Shown here in pieces: positions 50,020 through 63,239 of a stretch of DNA of 64,000 bases (positions within the stretch are counted from its first letter, which is position 1; every line of letters begins with the position of its first letter). The notes under the pieces were generated by a model. The model had not been told where the DNA came from. It worked only from the letters and a program-made list of their open reading frames with translations, and did no database searches. The position numbers were made by a program, and so were the translations under genes. Source of the DNA: Leucoraja ocellata (lineage: Eukaryota); NCBI GenBank assembly GCA_036785375.1, contig JAWMAR010000175.1:2976001-3040000 (forward strand). Direction: 5' to 3'.

Positions 50020-50792
50020 GTTTATCCCTGGAGGGAGACCGCTTTTCAGGGCTCTCGCAACGGTGACTTCTCCCGCCCGAGTTGCGGGGTTGAAGAGCTC
50101 CTGGAGCGGGGCCTTCATCACTGCCCCGCGCGGCTTGGAATGGCCGCGGGACTCTGCGAGCGCACGCCGGGGGCTCTGACACCAAGACCCGGTGTGCGAC
50201 CTTGCATCACCCGGCGTGGCTTTAATAAAACGTTGTAGTCTGCCACAAAACTATTATCTGCTCACATTTCTAACAACTAACTCAGCCATTCTTGCGAGTC
50301 CCACTCCAAAATGTGACCATTGCACTCCAATGACAAAGGTTTACATGAATTAATACAAAGGTAGGCACAAAATGCTGGAGTAACTCAGCGGGTGAGGCAG
50401 CATCTCTGGAGAGAAGGAATGGGCGATGTTCGTTTTAAACCAGCATCTGCAGTTCTTTCTTACACATGAATGAATGCATGCCTACCATACGTAATGTACC
50501 TTCCATTCTTGAGCCACGTGGCTTCTGAGGCCTTCGTGGCTTTAATGGCCGCGGGACAATCGCCATCGCCAGCCGGGGCTTTGACTTTGACTCTGACATG
50601 GGGGGGGGAGAGTGCAGTGGAGAGATAAGTTTATTTGGCCTTCCATCACAGCGATGTGATGGATGTTTATGTAAATTATGTTGTGTCTTGGGTCTATGTG
50701 TTTGTAATGTATGGCTGCAGAAACGACATTTCGTTTGGACCTCAAGGGGTCCAAATGACAATTAAATGTATCTTGTATCTTGTATCTTGTAT
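50020..50792 (+). mobile_element. GC-rich retroposon 3' part interrupted by duplicated local DNA
   Basis: GC-rich repeats TGGCCGCGGGAC, CCGGGG-CTYTGAC; tail (TATCTTG)n. Confidence 0.6.
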
Positions 50793-51564
50793 ATAGCACA
50801 TTTTATTGACCCCAAAGTGTTTTACATAATTTAAAATCAGTTCCATACAAAGCATAAAGATGGGTTAACAAAATAATAAAATGCATAAACAGGACACAAC
50901 ATGTAACATAAACATATAAAACATATAAAATCTTTATGCAATTTCGCAATTGTAATTTATAAGGTTGTGTTCAATCATACTTTAGTTACACGATTCAGAA
51001 CTCTTCCAAAACTGCTTAGAATATTTGGTTATATATAGTTTTTTAGCAGTTAAAAAATACCAAGATTCCAAATTATGTATTAATTTACAATAAAACGAAC
51101 CAAAAACGTTGAACTCGGATGTAGGTTATGGCAACCTCACGGTTCACACTTCATCAAAGCAACTCCCAATCTCACTATCACCCAGAATATTTTCTACTAC
51201 AAGCACTTTAAGTGTCTTTATTTCATTTTTTAAAAATCTAATCAACGTAAATGAATTGATTGTAACATCATATTAGTGCAACTATAAGTGCAGTTTGCAT
51301 TGATAATTATTCATCAGTCATTGTGAGTATCTTAGTATAATTCATTTTCATTTTATCAAACAAGGTCAAATATAAGAGGAAAGATTACAGCAAATGGCAG
51401 GACATATGAAGTATAGTACAGTGCAAAGACAGGCCCTTTGGCCCAAATGCTGAACATGATCCAAAGACCATCTCTTAACTGCCTGCATAATATCTACATC
51501 CCTCCGTTACCTGCATATCCATCTACCTATCCAAAAGTCTTAAATACTCTACGGAACATTTAAA

Positions 51565-52890
51565 CACAGAGGGTTCCTGGGCTGCAAGTCCATAGCTCCC
51601 TGAAAGCTGCAGTACAAGTGGACATGGAGGTTAATAAAGGCATATGGCAGACAACTTGCTGTCCAACAACACTGTTGGAGGCTGTGTGGGAGTACGGAGG
51701 CAGACCACTCGCATATTTTCTGGAACTGTGTAAAGATAAGGCCATACTGGGAAAATGTTAACGCAGTTGTTAAAAATATCTTGGGTTATAAAATCCCAGA
51801 TACCTGCCCTGTGATTAAAGACATAATAAAGATAGAAGATACATATTTGATTAAAGTTTTGCTTGCAGCAAGTAAGAAGGCCATTACCAGGCAGTGGCTT
51901 AATGAAAAAAGTCCAAAACAGGAACAGTGGCTAGAAATTGTGCGAGTCATCTTTACTCTGGAGAAACTGACATATTCCTTGAGAGTCAAGGATAATTCAT
52001 TTGGGAAGATCTGGGAAAAATGGACCGTTTATTTGAGCCATGACACCAACTAGATAAATGCTGAGCTAGATATGGGAAGATTGTGTTATATAGAACCAGA
52101 TGGTATGTTTGTGTGAATATTGAAATATCTCCAGATAACTAATCAATGTGACTTTTTTTTTTAATTTGGTAAGTGAACCACAAGCTCTTATTCCAATTTT
52201 TTTTTTTTTTCTTTTTTCTTCCCTATCTTTTGATTGCTGGTTTCCTAATTTTGTTTTATTTATGGCGATGGTGTTGCACTGTTTTGTATATATCTCTGTG
52301 AAAAATCAATAAAACTTTAAGTGAAAAAAAAAAGGCATATGGAATGCTAGCCCGCCTGCATCAGTGAAAGGTTGGCAAGTAACATTGCAGCTGTATGATC
52401 GGCTGCATTGGGGGTTGTGCATGCAGGTCTAGCCACCACATTACAGGAAGGATATGGAGGCGTGAGAGAGGGTGCAGAGCTACAAGGAGAGGTTGGGCAA
52501 AAGTTGAATTGTTTCCTTAGGAACGCCAGAGATTGAGGGGAGACCTGAAGTTAGTGTATGAAATTATCAGGCACAGACGGGATAGATGCACAACCCTTTT
52601 CTGAGGATTTACATGCCAAATGTTAGAGGGCACAGTTTTAACGTTAGAGGGGGAAGTTTCAAATAGATGTACGAGGCAAGATTAATTTATACAGAGTGTG
52701 ATGGGTGCCTGGAACGCGCTGCTGGAAGCAGATATGAAAGCCAGTTTTAACGAGCATGTAAACATGTACATGGACATGCGGGGGATAGAGGATATCAACC
52801 ACAAGCACACAGGTGGGATTAGTTTAATCTGGCATTGTGGTTGGCACCGACACTGTGGGCCCAAGGGCCGGCTCCTGTGCTGGACTGTTC
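51565..52890 (+). mobile_element. Old CR1-type LINE fragment interrupted by L1
   Basis: VHSSLK...KAYG | MLA...PHYRKD remnants on either side of the L1. Confidence 0.65.
51648..52330 (+). mobile_element. 5'-truncated L1-clade LINE
   Basis: CWRLCG...H.HIFWNC zinc knuckle, KKAITRQW, F.KIWEKW; AATAAA and poly(A); 12-bp TSD AAAGGCATATGG (51636-51647 / 52331-52342). Confidence 0.9.
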
Positions 52891-53004
52891 TGTGTCCTGC
52901 GTTCTATAAATGGACAAACTATGCACACTATACCCTGATTCTAAATGAAGCTGGAAGGTGAAATCAAGGATCCTCAACCTCCTGGGCAAGTTGTAAACTA
53001 CCAT

Positions 53005-53291
53005 TTTAGTTTGGTTTCGAGATACAGCATGGAAACAGGACTTTCTGCCCATCCAGTCCCTGCCAACCAGCCATCACCAATACACAAGTTCTATCCTACA
53101 AACCAGGGACAATTTTTTTACAGAAGCCAATTCACCTACAAACCCGCACGTCTTTGGAATGTGGGAGGGAACTGGAGCACCCGGAGGTCATGGGGAGAAC
53201 GGGCAAACTCTGTACAAACAGCACTCATAGTCAGGATTGAACCTGGGTCTCTGGCGCTGTAAGGCAGCAACTCTACCACAGTGCCACCGTG
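53005..53291 (-). mobile_element. HE1-type SINE
   Basis: Minus-strand tRNA-like head with GGTTCAATCC. Confidence 0.85.
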
Positions 53292-53983
53292 AACTAACAT
53301 TTGTGGGTTTGCAAGTAATTCTTGGCATCCTGTTGCCAGCTCCTTCTCACACCATTCACATATTTACCCCCCCCCCCCCCCCCCCTCTCTGACCATTGTC
53401 TGTCGGCATAACTTCAATGAAGTCCTGGAAACAGCCTGAAGCTGCCAGCTGCCTGCGGAAACTCCGACACATGTTAATTTTACTCCCATCTACAGTCACT
53501 GTGTTTGCAGCAGCTTAGAACTGGTATACATGGGGCAATCTAAAGCTTCTTACCAGGATGTTAAATATGTTCTGTTTACCTCTGGTATTTTGTTGATATA
53601 TTATTTTCAAAAAGGAAAAGTGAAATCCAATATTAAATTAAAATTCAATTAAATTATATTAAATTAAAACTGTAGATGTCATAACATAGCACTAACCTCA
53701 GCAACGATGATCTTCTACAGACTGTGTCTTAGCTTGCACTACCCACCTTGGTTTTTGCATTGTTTTGGTTACCGAGTATGATGTATATTAATTTATTGTA
53801 TTGTTGATTATATATTTATCTGTGTGTTATTGTTTTCAGGGTTGTTGAGAGTGGGGATTTCATTGTTCCGTTACTGATATACACAGCAATTAAACACCAA
53901 TGTACCGACAACAGAGCAATTACATTCTTCTCCCTGCATCTAAACAGCCCCACGAATAACGCATTGATAATATAGAATAGTAT

Positions 53984-54086
53984 GTAGACAAAAGTGCTGG
54001 AGAAACTCAGCGGGTGCGGCAGCATCTATGGAGCAAAGGAAATAGGCAACGTTTCGGGCCGAAACCCTTCTTCGAAACTATTCTTC
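53984..54086 (-). mobile_element. Single-arm Penelope family B insert
   Basis: 10-bp TSD AGAATAGTAT at 53974-53983 and 54087-54096. Confidence 0.85.
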
Positions 54087-54479
54087 AGAATAGTATATTA
54101 TGTTATAAAACACTATCATATATTTTATACACATATATTTCATATGCAATAATACTATAGACAACAATAATATATTTTTAATAAAATGCAGTACACATTG
54201 GTTTTTGTCAAGCATTTTCACTAAATAAATAAATTATGGATGAAATAGAAATATATTATTTTAGAATATACTTTGGGATATGATGCAGAACGACTAAATC
54301 CAACACTGATGTTTTTCAGGCATTTGACACATTAATGACCGAATATTTTAATTATGTTAGCAATATAGACGTCATGTGCCGTTAACTTATTAAATATTGT
54401 TCATTAAATCACTTTTACAAAGCCGATGTTATTTTAGCTTTCCATGATAAAAAAAATCCTATATTGCCCCTGATTTATT

Positions 54480-55135
54480 TATTTTTTAATATTTATTTTA
54501 TTAGAAGCAATTGTACAAGGGAGAAAGTAATCGACATAACAGTTATACACTTTTCGTACAGCTTCAGTTTTAACATTTTATAAACTAGTAAGTGAATCGG
54601 GGGAAAAAAAGGAAAGAAGGGAAGAAGAAAGGAAAAAGAAAAGAAAAAATTTTGGAAAAGATACGAAAAAGAAAGAAGAAAAAGAAGAAAGAACTAACGA
54701 AGAAGTGAAAAAAGCGGAGATATATCCCACTACGCTTCCCTACCCACCTGACCCTAGCGTCGGTTTTGAGTTTGTGTTCAACCATTCTGTTGTTGAAGAA
54801 ATTCAATGAAAGGAGACCATATTTTGGAAAATTGATTTGTCAGTCAAAACAAGCCTTATTTTTTCTAGATGTAGTGTCTGTGATCCACATCTTCACTGTG
54901 GGAACTGTTACCTTTTTCCAGAATTTAAGTATATGTTTTTTCGCAGTTATTAATCCGTAGTCAAGGAAGCGTCTTTGGAATATCATCAACTTAGGGCAGC
55001 CCTCTGGCATTCCTACTATTATTAATTTTGAATCTGACTCCAATTGAATTTTGAGTGTTTTAGAAATGGTATTGAATATTCCCGTGCAGAAGTTTTGTAT
55101 TTTTATACAGTATACAAAAGAATGGGTTAGGGTGC
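54480..55135 (-). mobile_element. L1-clade LINE 3' fragment
   Basis: THSFVYC...GLITAKKHILKFWKK..P.VKMW; T-rich 3' UTR, AATAAA. Confidence 0.75.
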
Positions 55136-55859
55136 CCCTGATCTTTACTGCATATCATTGTCTCTGTACTGTACACTGCACAATGATAATAAAGTTTGAG
55201 TCTGAATCTGAATCTGAATTTTTACCTGTTCAAAATCAATCACAATTTCTCTCCAGAGAAATGCTAATGCTGCAAATGTCAGACTATTTATGAACAGGGA
55301 ATAATTAAATTTAATGACAGCTTCAGGTTGGATTTACTGCTACGCTTATTCACACACCTTGTTACGGTTTTCTGGTCTTCCCGCAGGCTGCCTGCATTTG
55401 TGGCACTGCCAGAAACCTCCACCGGTAGGTAGCATGTGCACTGGTTGGATAGACCAGAGTTGCGTTGCGTGTTGAGTACTGCTTTTGACCCAGTTCCCTG
55501 CCCAGGCATCAATCAACCCCCACCCCACACCTGCGCTACCACATCCCGACCCCGAGCACCAAACACAGCGGCTCACAGCCTCTCCAACGCCCCTGTCTTG
55601 GGCAAGATGCCAGGGCACCACAGTTGTGTCATCCACCCGCTGGTGTCAATGTTGATGGGAAGTTCAAATGTCCCTCTGACAGTCAGGGACAACTGGAAAC
55701 GGTTCAAACATTTTAAAATGGTTTGATCTTTTTACAAAACCAGCTAAAACAGGCAAGAAATTAAAACTAGACAAAATACCTTATTGTCAAATTGAAATTC
55801 CTTTGAAGGTTTGTCTACGGCTGTGATCTTTGTGTGTGGCAGTACACATGAGGAGGTTC

Positions 55860-56258
55860 ATAAGTCATAGGAGAAGAATTAGGCCATTCGGCCCATCAAG
55901 TCTACTCTGCTGTTCCATCATGGTTAATCTATCTTTCCCTCTCAACTCCATTCCCCTGCCTTCTCCCCATAACCTTTGATACGGCACTAATTAAGAAGCT
56001 GTCAATCTCCGCTTTGAAAATACCCATTGACTTGGCCTCCACTGCCGTCTGTGGCAATGAATTTCACAGATTCACTACCCTCTGACTAAAGAATTCCGTC
56101 TCATCTCTTTTCTAAAGTTACGCCCTTTTATTCTGAAACTATGGCCTCTGGTCCTGGACTCTCCCACTAGTGGAAACATCCTCTCCACATCCACTATATC
56201 CAGGCCTTTCACTATTTGGTAAATTTCAATGAGATCCCCCCTCATCCTTCCAAACTCC
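55860..56258 (-). mobile_element. CR1/HER1 LINE 3' fragment
   Basis: EFGRMRGDLIEIYQIVKGLD...SRTRGHSFRIKGR. Confidence 0.85.
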
Positions 56259-56260
56259 AT

Positions 56261-56520
56261 GGGGGCACAGTGGCAGAATAGCCGCCTTACAGAGTTAGAG
56301 GCCCAACTTTGTACATTCCTCCTGTGACCACATGGATGTTCTCCGGGTGCCTCAATTTCTCCCACATGCCAAAGACGTACAGGTTTGCAGGTTCATTAGC
56401 TGAGGTGTAATTGTAAATTGTACCTAGTGTGTAGGATAGTGCTATTGTACGGGGTGATTGCTGATCAGCACAGACTCAATGGGCAGAAGGGCCTGTTTCC
56501 ACAATGTATCCCTAAAGTCT
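56261..56520 (+). mobile_element. HE1-type SINE (deleted head)
   Basis: V-SINE core and GAAGGGCCTGTTTCC tail. Confidence 0.75.
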
Positions 56521-57354
56521 GAAGTGAAGTCCAATGAGTACAGACGCATTTAAATGGCTAAACTATTCATTGTTCCTTTCAGAACTGCTGTGTTAGCCAG
56601 TGGGAGCCAGTGAGAGCTTCAGCCTTGCTGTTGTGAAACACCGATATCACATTGCGTAGAACTGGCCAACAGCAGATTGAAACATCACATCTGACCATTG
56701 TTCAGAAGGTAATACCAGAGGTACTTGCTCATTACATCAGAGGTACCAGTTCAGAGAAGGACACTAAATGCTGGAGTAACTCAGCGGGTCAGGCAGCTTC
56801 TCTGGAGGACATGGATAGATCACGTTTCAGTTCGGGACTCTTCTTCAGGCCCACATCCAAGAGCAACTCTATCTGATGAAGGGTCCCGACCAAAAATGTC
56901 ATCTACCAATATTCCCCAGAGATGGTGCCTGACCTGGTGAGTTACTCCAGCATTTTGGGTCTTTTTTTTTTTAAAAGCAGCTCCTGCTGTTCCTTGCTTC
57001 CACATTTCAACTGTTCCAATGTTCTATAAGTGGATATACTGGCTTGATATCAGAGATATTGGTGGGTGATATTCTTCGGTGTAAACCAGAATCAGCAGTT
57101 CCTTCCGACAAAGATATTGGTTCCACATTTACTGGTTCAATGTTATTTTACTTTCACCATTATGCTACATTAGGCGATATTACATCAGGGTTTTACATTC
57201 AGACAGGAGTGGAGCACGGCTCTGCTCGCTGACGTTGAAGCGAGCAGTGCTGGCGACCAGCGCATTCAATCACTCATCCACACGCAACTAGACATCTTTA
57301 AATACTTCTTTGCAATCAAACAGCATAGTCTTCAGACAAAGGTGATTTCACGAC

Positions 57355-58212
57355 ACTTGTGCTTAACTGATATGCTTTCTGATAACATAACATAAAAAAC
57401 AAGGCTGGTTTGGATGATAGATCAATCATTCTCCAAAACATGGTCTCCTTTCACTGAATTTCTTCAACAGAAGAATGGTCGACAACAAATTTAAAACCGA
57501 TGCTTGGATGGTGGGGTGGGGGGGGGGGGGGGGGGGGGGAGTGGGGCATATCTCCGTCTTTTATTTTGTCTCTCACGTCTTCGGCAGTTCAGGCGTCTTT
57601 TTCTTCTCTCTTTTTGTATTTTTCTCATTTCTCTTCATTCTTTCCTTTTTACTTCTTTTTTTCNNNNNNNNNNNNNNNNNNNNNNNNNNNNNNNNNNNNN
57701 NNNNNNNNNNNNNNNNNNNNNNNNNNNNNNNNNNNNNNNNNNNNNNNNNNNNNNNNNNNNNNNNNNNNNNNNNNNNNNNNNNNNNNNNNNNNNNNNNNNN
57801 NNNNNNNNNNTGCCATCAGACCGGTTGCCGTCCGGGTGCCTTCTGCCTCTTGATTTGTTAACGGCTGCTCCTTCCTATCAGCTTCCAACACACATTCGAA
57901 ACAAAGTTGCAAGACAGGAACACTCTGAACTTTTCACTGCTGCAGCAGGCAGGGGAGGTGCAATTGGAATTTTTTTTTAATCCACTGCTGAGGGAGGCAG
58001 GGGAGTGCTGGAATCTTACATTTGGGAATGGCTTCAGTTCCATTGGGTGCATGGTGGGATATTGGGTTGGGGGATCCCACACCATTGGGGGAGCAGCCAC
58101 TTAGTCTAGTAAAATGTTAAAAATGAAGCTTTTACGAAAATTGTATAATTGTTATGTCGATTACTTTATTCTTGTACAAGTGCTTCTAATAAAATAAATA
58201 TTTAAAAAAAAG
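57355..58212 (+). mobile_element. L1-clade 3' fragment interrupted by gap and Helitron
   Basis: Homologous to the reverse complement of 54480-54890. Confidence 0.7.
57811..58109 (+). mobile_element. Non-autonomous Helitron (5' end in gap)
   Basis: Homologous to 16342-16654; ends CTAG|T. Confidence 0.8.
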
Positions 58213-59224
58213 ATAACATCACTCTTTACATGCTGTTTAAAGCCTGTATCAGTTTAGTACTAGAATAGCAGAAACTGGGAGAAAGTCTGAGCAATCCCTG
58301 CCCCTTAGGTTAGCCTGTACTCTGATTTATCAAAGGGAACCATACACATTTGTGTGAGAACCTATAATTCTAAAGAGTAGAACCTCAGGAGTGCCACAGG
58401 AATGGATGTTGTTACAATTTGAATGGCAGCTATCCAAACGCTGTCATTGAAGCAATGTGTGGGAGCTGCGGGAGGCTTTGAAGAACTACTACAAAGTGAA
58501 AGGGGGAGGTGGAGCTATCAAAGTAATAGGTGCAAGATCTACTGGTTAAAATGGTTACTGGACGTTGCTCGAGGATGTGGTGAATTGGGAGGTTGTGAAC
58601 TGGTGATGTGGGTTGCAGGTAGCTGCACGAAGGTGGAAGACCAGGAGCATCTTGCATATAATCGGGGCTTGGCTCCTACTGGAGGCTACCTTCTTCACTC
58701 CCTCCTGAATGCATGTGTGGACGGCCCTCATGCAGAATGCAGAACATCACCCATGCTTCAACTCATCAATGCTCAAACAAAATCCACGCACATAACGCAC
58801 GCGCAGACACCAGGAACTGCAGGTGCTGCAATCTTGAGCAAAGCACAAAGTGCTGGAGGAACTCAGCGGGTGAGGCAGCATCTGTGTAGGGAATGGACAG
58901 GTGATGTGTTGGGTGAGGACCCTTCTTCCTATCGGAGTTCCTTGTGCACAGGTGCTGTGGCAGCATCGTACCGGAGACTGCCTTCTCCCACACCATGTGC
59001 CCCCTAGTGTCCCCTGGGTCAGATTCATGGGTTAGGTGCATGTTCCATCCACCACAGTCACAAGGTACTTCCTGCAAGAGGTGCTAGCTAGCTTTGTGCA
59101 TGCCAGTCAATGATGGGAATGACTCTCTGCAGCTGACTTGATGAAGCCAGTCAACTGGGCACGTCACTGCTTCACTGTCTGTGTCACAAACCTTTGGGAA
59201 TCATCAAGTTCACTTTCAGGAGCT

Positions 59225-61487
59225 ACATAGAAACATCGAGCCAGCACCGCCATTCAATGTGATCATGGCTGATCGTCCCCAATCAATAACCCGTGCCTAC
59301 CTTCTCCCCATATCCCCTGATTCCACTAGCCCCTAGAGCTCTATCTAGCTCCCTCTTAAATCCATCCAGTGATTTGGCCTCCACTGCCCTCTGTGGCAGG
59401 GAATTCCACAAATTCACAACTCTCTGGGTGAAAAAGTTTTTTCTCATCTTAGTTTTAAATGGCCTCCCCTTTATTCTTAGACTGCGGCCCCTGGTTCTGG
59501 ACTCGCCCAACATTGGGAACATTTTTCCTGCATCTAGCTTGTCCAGTCCTTTTATAATTTTATATGTTTCTATAAGATGCCCTCTCATCCTTCTAAATTC
59601 CAGTGAACACAAGCCCAGTCTTTCCAATCTTTCCTCGTATGGCAGTCCCGCCATCCTGGAGATTAACCTCGTGAACCTACACTGCACTGCCTCAATAGCA
59701 AGGATGTCCTTCCTCAAATTAGCAGACCAAAACTGCACACAATACTCCAGATGTGGTCTCACCAGGGCCCTGTACAACTGCAGAAGGACCTCTTTACTCC
59801 TATACTCAAATCCTCTTGTTTTGAAGGCCAACATGCCATTAGCTTTCTTGTCGGCCAACTGTACCTGCATGTTTACTTTGAGTGACAGGTGTACAAGGAT
59901 GCCCAGGTCTCATTGCACTTCCCTTTTTCCTAATCTGACACCATTGAGATAATAATCTGCCTCCTTGTTCTTGCCGCCAAAGTGGATAACCTCACATTTA
60001 TTTATATTATACTGCATCTGCCCACTCACTCAACCTGTCCAAGTCACCCTGCAACCTCCTATCAGTTCATACTGCCACCCAGCTTTGTGTCAACTGCAAA
60101 TTTACTAGTGTTACTTGTATATTGTAAATAGCTGCGGACCCAGCACGGAGCCTTGCGGCACGCCACTCGCCACTGCCTGCCATTCTGACAGGGACCCGTT
60201 TATTCCTACTCTTTGTTTCCTGTCTGCCAACCAATTCTCTATCCATGTCAATACCCTACCCCCAATACCATGTGCTCTAATCTCCTGTGTGGGACCTTAT
60301 CAAAGGCTTTCTGAAAGTCCAGATACACTACACCCACTGGCTCTCCTTCATCCATTTTACTTGTCACATCCTCAAAAAATTCCAGAAGATTAATCAAGCA
60401 GGAATTCCCCCGATAAATCCATGTTGACTTGGACTAATCCTTTTACTGCTATCCAAATGCCCCATTATTACCTCTTTAATAATTGACTCCAGCATCTTCC
60501 CCACCACCGATGTCAGGCTAACTGGTCTGTAATTCCCTGTTTTCTCTCTCGCTCCTTTCTTGAAAAGGGGGATAACATTAGCTACCCTCCAATCCACAGG
60601 AACTGATCCTGATTCTGTAGAACATTGGAAAATGATCACCAATGCGTCCACGATTTCTAGAGCCACCTCATTGAGTACCCTGGGATGCAGACCATCAGAC
60701 CCAGGGGATTTATCAGCCTTCAGTCCCATCAGTCTACCCAATACTATTTCTTGCCTAATGAAAAATTATTTCATTTCCTGTCTCCCTTGATCCTCTGTCC
60801 TCCAGCCCATCTGGGAGATTGTTTGTGTCTTCCTTTGTGAAGACAGATCCAATATCCCTTGTGAAGACTGTTCAACTCTTCTGCCATTTCCTTGTTCTCC
60901 ATAATAATTTCACCTGTTTCTACCCACATGTGTCTTTACTAATCTTTTCCTCTTAACATACTGCACCTAAAGAAGCGTTTACTATCCTTCTCTATGCTCT
61001 TGGCCAGCTTACCTTCGTACCTCATCTTTTCACCCCGTATTGCCCTTTTAGTTACCTTCTGAAAGTTTCCCAATCCTCTGGCCTCCCGCTACTCGTTGCT
61101 ATGTGATACAACTTTTCTTTTAGTTTTATACCACCCCTAACTTCCCTTGTCAGCCACGGTTGCCTTTTACTCCCCTTAGAATCTTTCTTCCTCTTTGGAA
61201 TGAAATGATCCTGCATCTTCCGGATTATGCCCAGAAATTCCTGCCATTGGTGTTCCACCATCATTCCTGCTAGGATTCTTTTCCAGTCTACCTTGGCCAG
61301 CTCCACTCTCATGCCTTCATAGTTCCCTTTGTTCAACTGCATCACTGACACTTCTGATTTAACCTTCTCGCAGATTGAAATGTAGCATATTATGGTCACT
61401 ACCTCTGGGAATGAACCATAAGATAAATCTGGTTCATTAGACAACACTAAATCCAGAATTGCCATCTCTCTGGTCAGCTCCAGTACA
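59225..61487 (-). mobile_element. CR1/HER1 LINE, 2.3-kb decayed ORF2
   Basis: AILDLVLSNE, PWLTRE, KSPGSDGLHPRVL, FKKG.R...NYRPVSLTSVVGKMLE, QHGF and C-terminal motifs; several internal deletions. Confidence 0.92.
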
Positions 61488-63239
61488 AGTGTACATACTG
61501 TATCTTTCAATCAAAACAGTCCAGATAGCTACAATTATGCCTCAGCCATTCAATGAGATTCATTCACATGGTTCTTTATTCCTTTCCAAGGGACAGAGGC
61601 CATGTATCTGCCCTGTTATGCCTGTCTAGTCTATGGATTTAGTGTGCAGTATAAGGAATATTTACAATCTATATCTAATGCAGCTGTGTTTAACAGCTGG
61701 AAGTAACTATATGCTATCAGTCTGAAGAAGGGTCCCATGCCAAAAAGTCACCATTGCATGTTCTCCAGAGACGCTGCCTGTCCCGCCGAGTTACTCCAGC
61801 ATTTTGTGTCTTTTTTTTTGTAAACCAGCATTCTGCAGTTCCTTGTATCACCTATATGCTATGGTGCTATTTTAAAATCTTCATTTTTTATTCCGAGAAT
61901 GATGAGCATTGATCGTGGCATTGTACAGGGGCCTGGAAACCGTGAGCTCCCGGTTCAGGAGCATCTTCTTGTGGACAGTTAGCATGTTCTTGAACACTGC
62001 ACAACACTGACCCCAGCAACCGTGGTCTTCTATAGACTGTGTCTGTGGTTGCATGACACACTTCTGTTTTTGCACTATTATGCTTCGCTAGTGTTATGAA
62101 TATTAGTTGTATTACTGAGTGATCATTATATCTGTGTGTGTTATTGTGTAATGGGCCTGATAAGCTGCAACAAGTAGTTCTGTTGCCAATACATATGACA
62201 ATTAACCACTCCTGACTATCGTTCTCTTCCCATTTAAATTGTTGAAAGTCAGATCAAAAGATCTTTTTAAAAAGAAGGATTTCAACATCAATGCAGAAAG
62301 TGTACAATCAAGACTTTGTAGCTTAAATAATGTCAGAACCCGTTCTGTTGGAACTAAGGTGTTTTTTTTAAACTCCGACAGGCTCCTAAGATTAAATCTC
62401 AATTGAAACATAATTTTTAAATGAAACCTCACACGCCAGTGTATAAAATCGCCACCATTTTCCCTTATCGGGTAAAGCCTTGTTCAATCTATTTTGTGTG
62501 TCGCTCTTTGGGGAAAGGGAAACTCAAGAACATGTTTCAGTTCAGAATTATTTCTTAAAACCAGATTAGTCACAGATGGTGGATGGGTATTTCTGCTCAC
62601 AAAGATTATTGTCAAAATGGTATTAATAAAACTGTACCAGCCTCTCGCTCAACAACATAAACTAATAGCTTCCAAAGGATCAATGGGGAAATATTTGTTG
62701 TTCATATCGCGCTGGCGTCTCCAAAAATGTAAACATTATTATCTTGTTTTGGGGCCACGTGACATGCGTATTAATGGTGTGTACCGCCACTGTTTGTCCA
62801 CAGTAAACGCACTGGAAACTCAATGGAAACAGCAACAGCAGACATGATTTGATGATGAGAGAGGCAGTTTCTGGCTCAGAGTCACACACAGTACCACTGT
62901 TATTGAGAAATCCCCACTCTCTGCTGTCTTGTTCCATTGTAGGGTTGAGTGCATTAGTCATTGTTTTACCAGAACCCGTGCAGTGAAAATTAATTGTTTG
63001 CTCTAGATGTTTAAGGGCTGTACATGTAAAATATTCCAGTGTCCTGAAGTGAAACGAAATTGGGACACAACAAATTGCATTGGAGCAGGTAAATAATCCA
63101 AAATAAAGGAAATCAAATTGTACGGAGGATGTTTCTTTGCCTGCAGTGTAAAGTTTAAAGCAAACTTCCTTGTGGTTTCAGAGTGCCAGAAATTGCTATT
63201 ATTGGCAGGTTAGTACAGCAAATCTGATGAGCAACTCTG

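Noticed and set aside
58423-59007. 194-aa ORF as a real gene
   Set aside because: Runs through a Penelope fragment, with no recognisable domain or splice support
59293-59952. 219-aa plus-strand ORF
   Set aside because: Antisense shadow of CR1 ORF2
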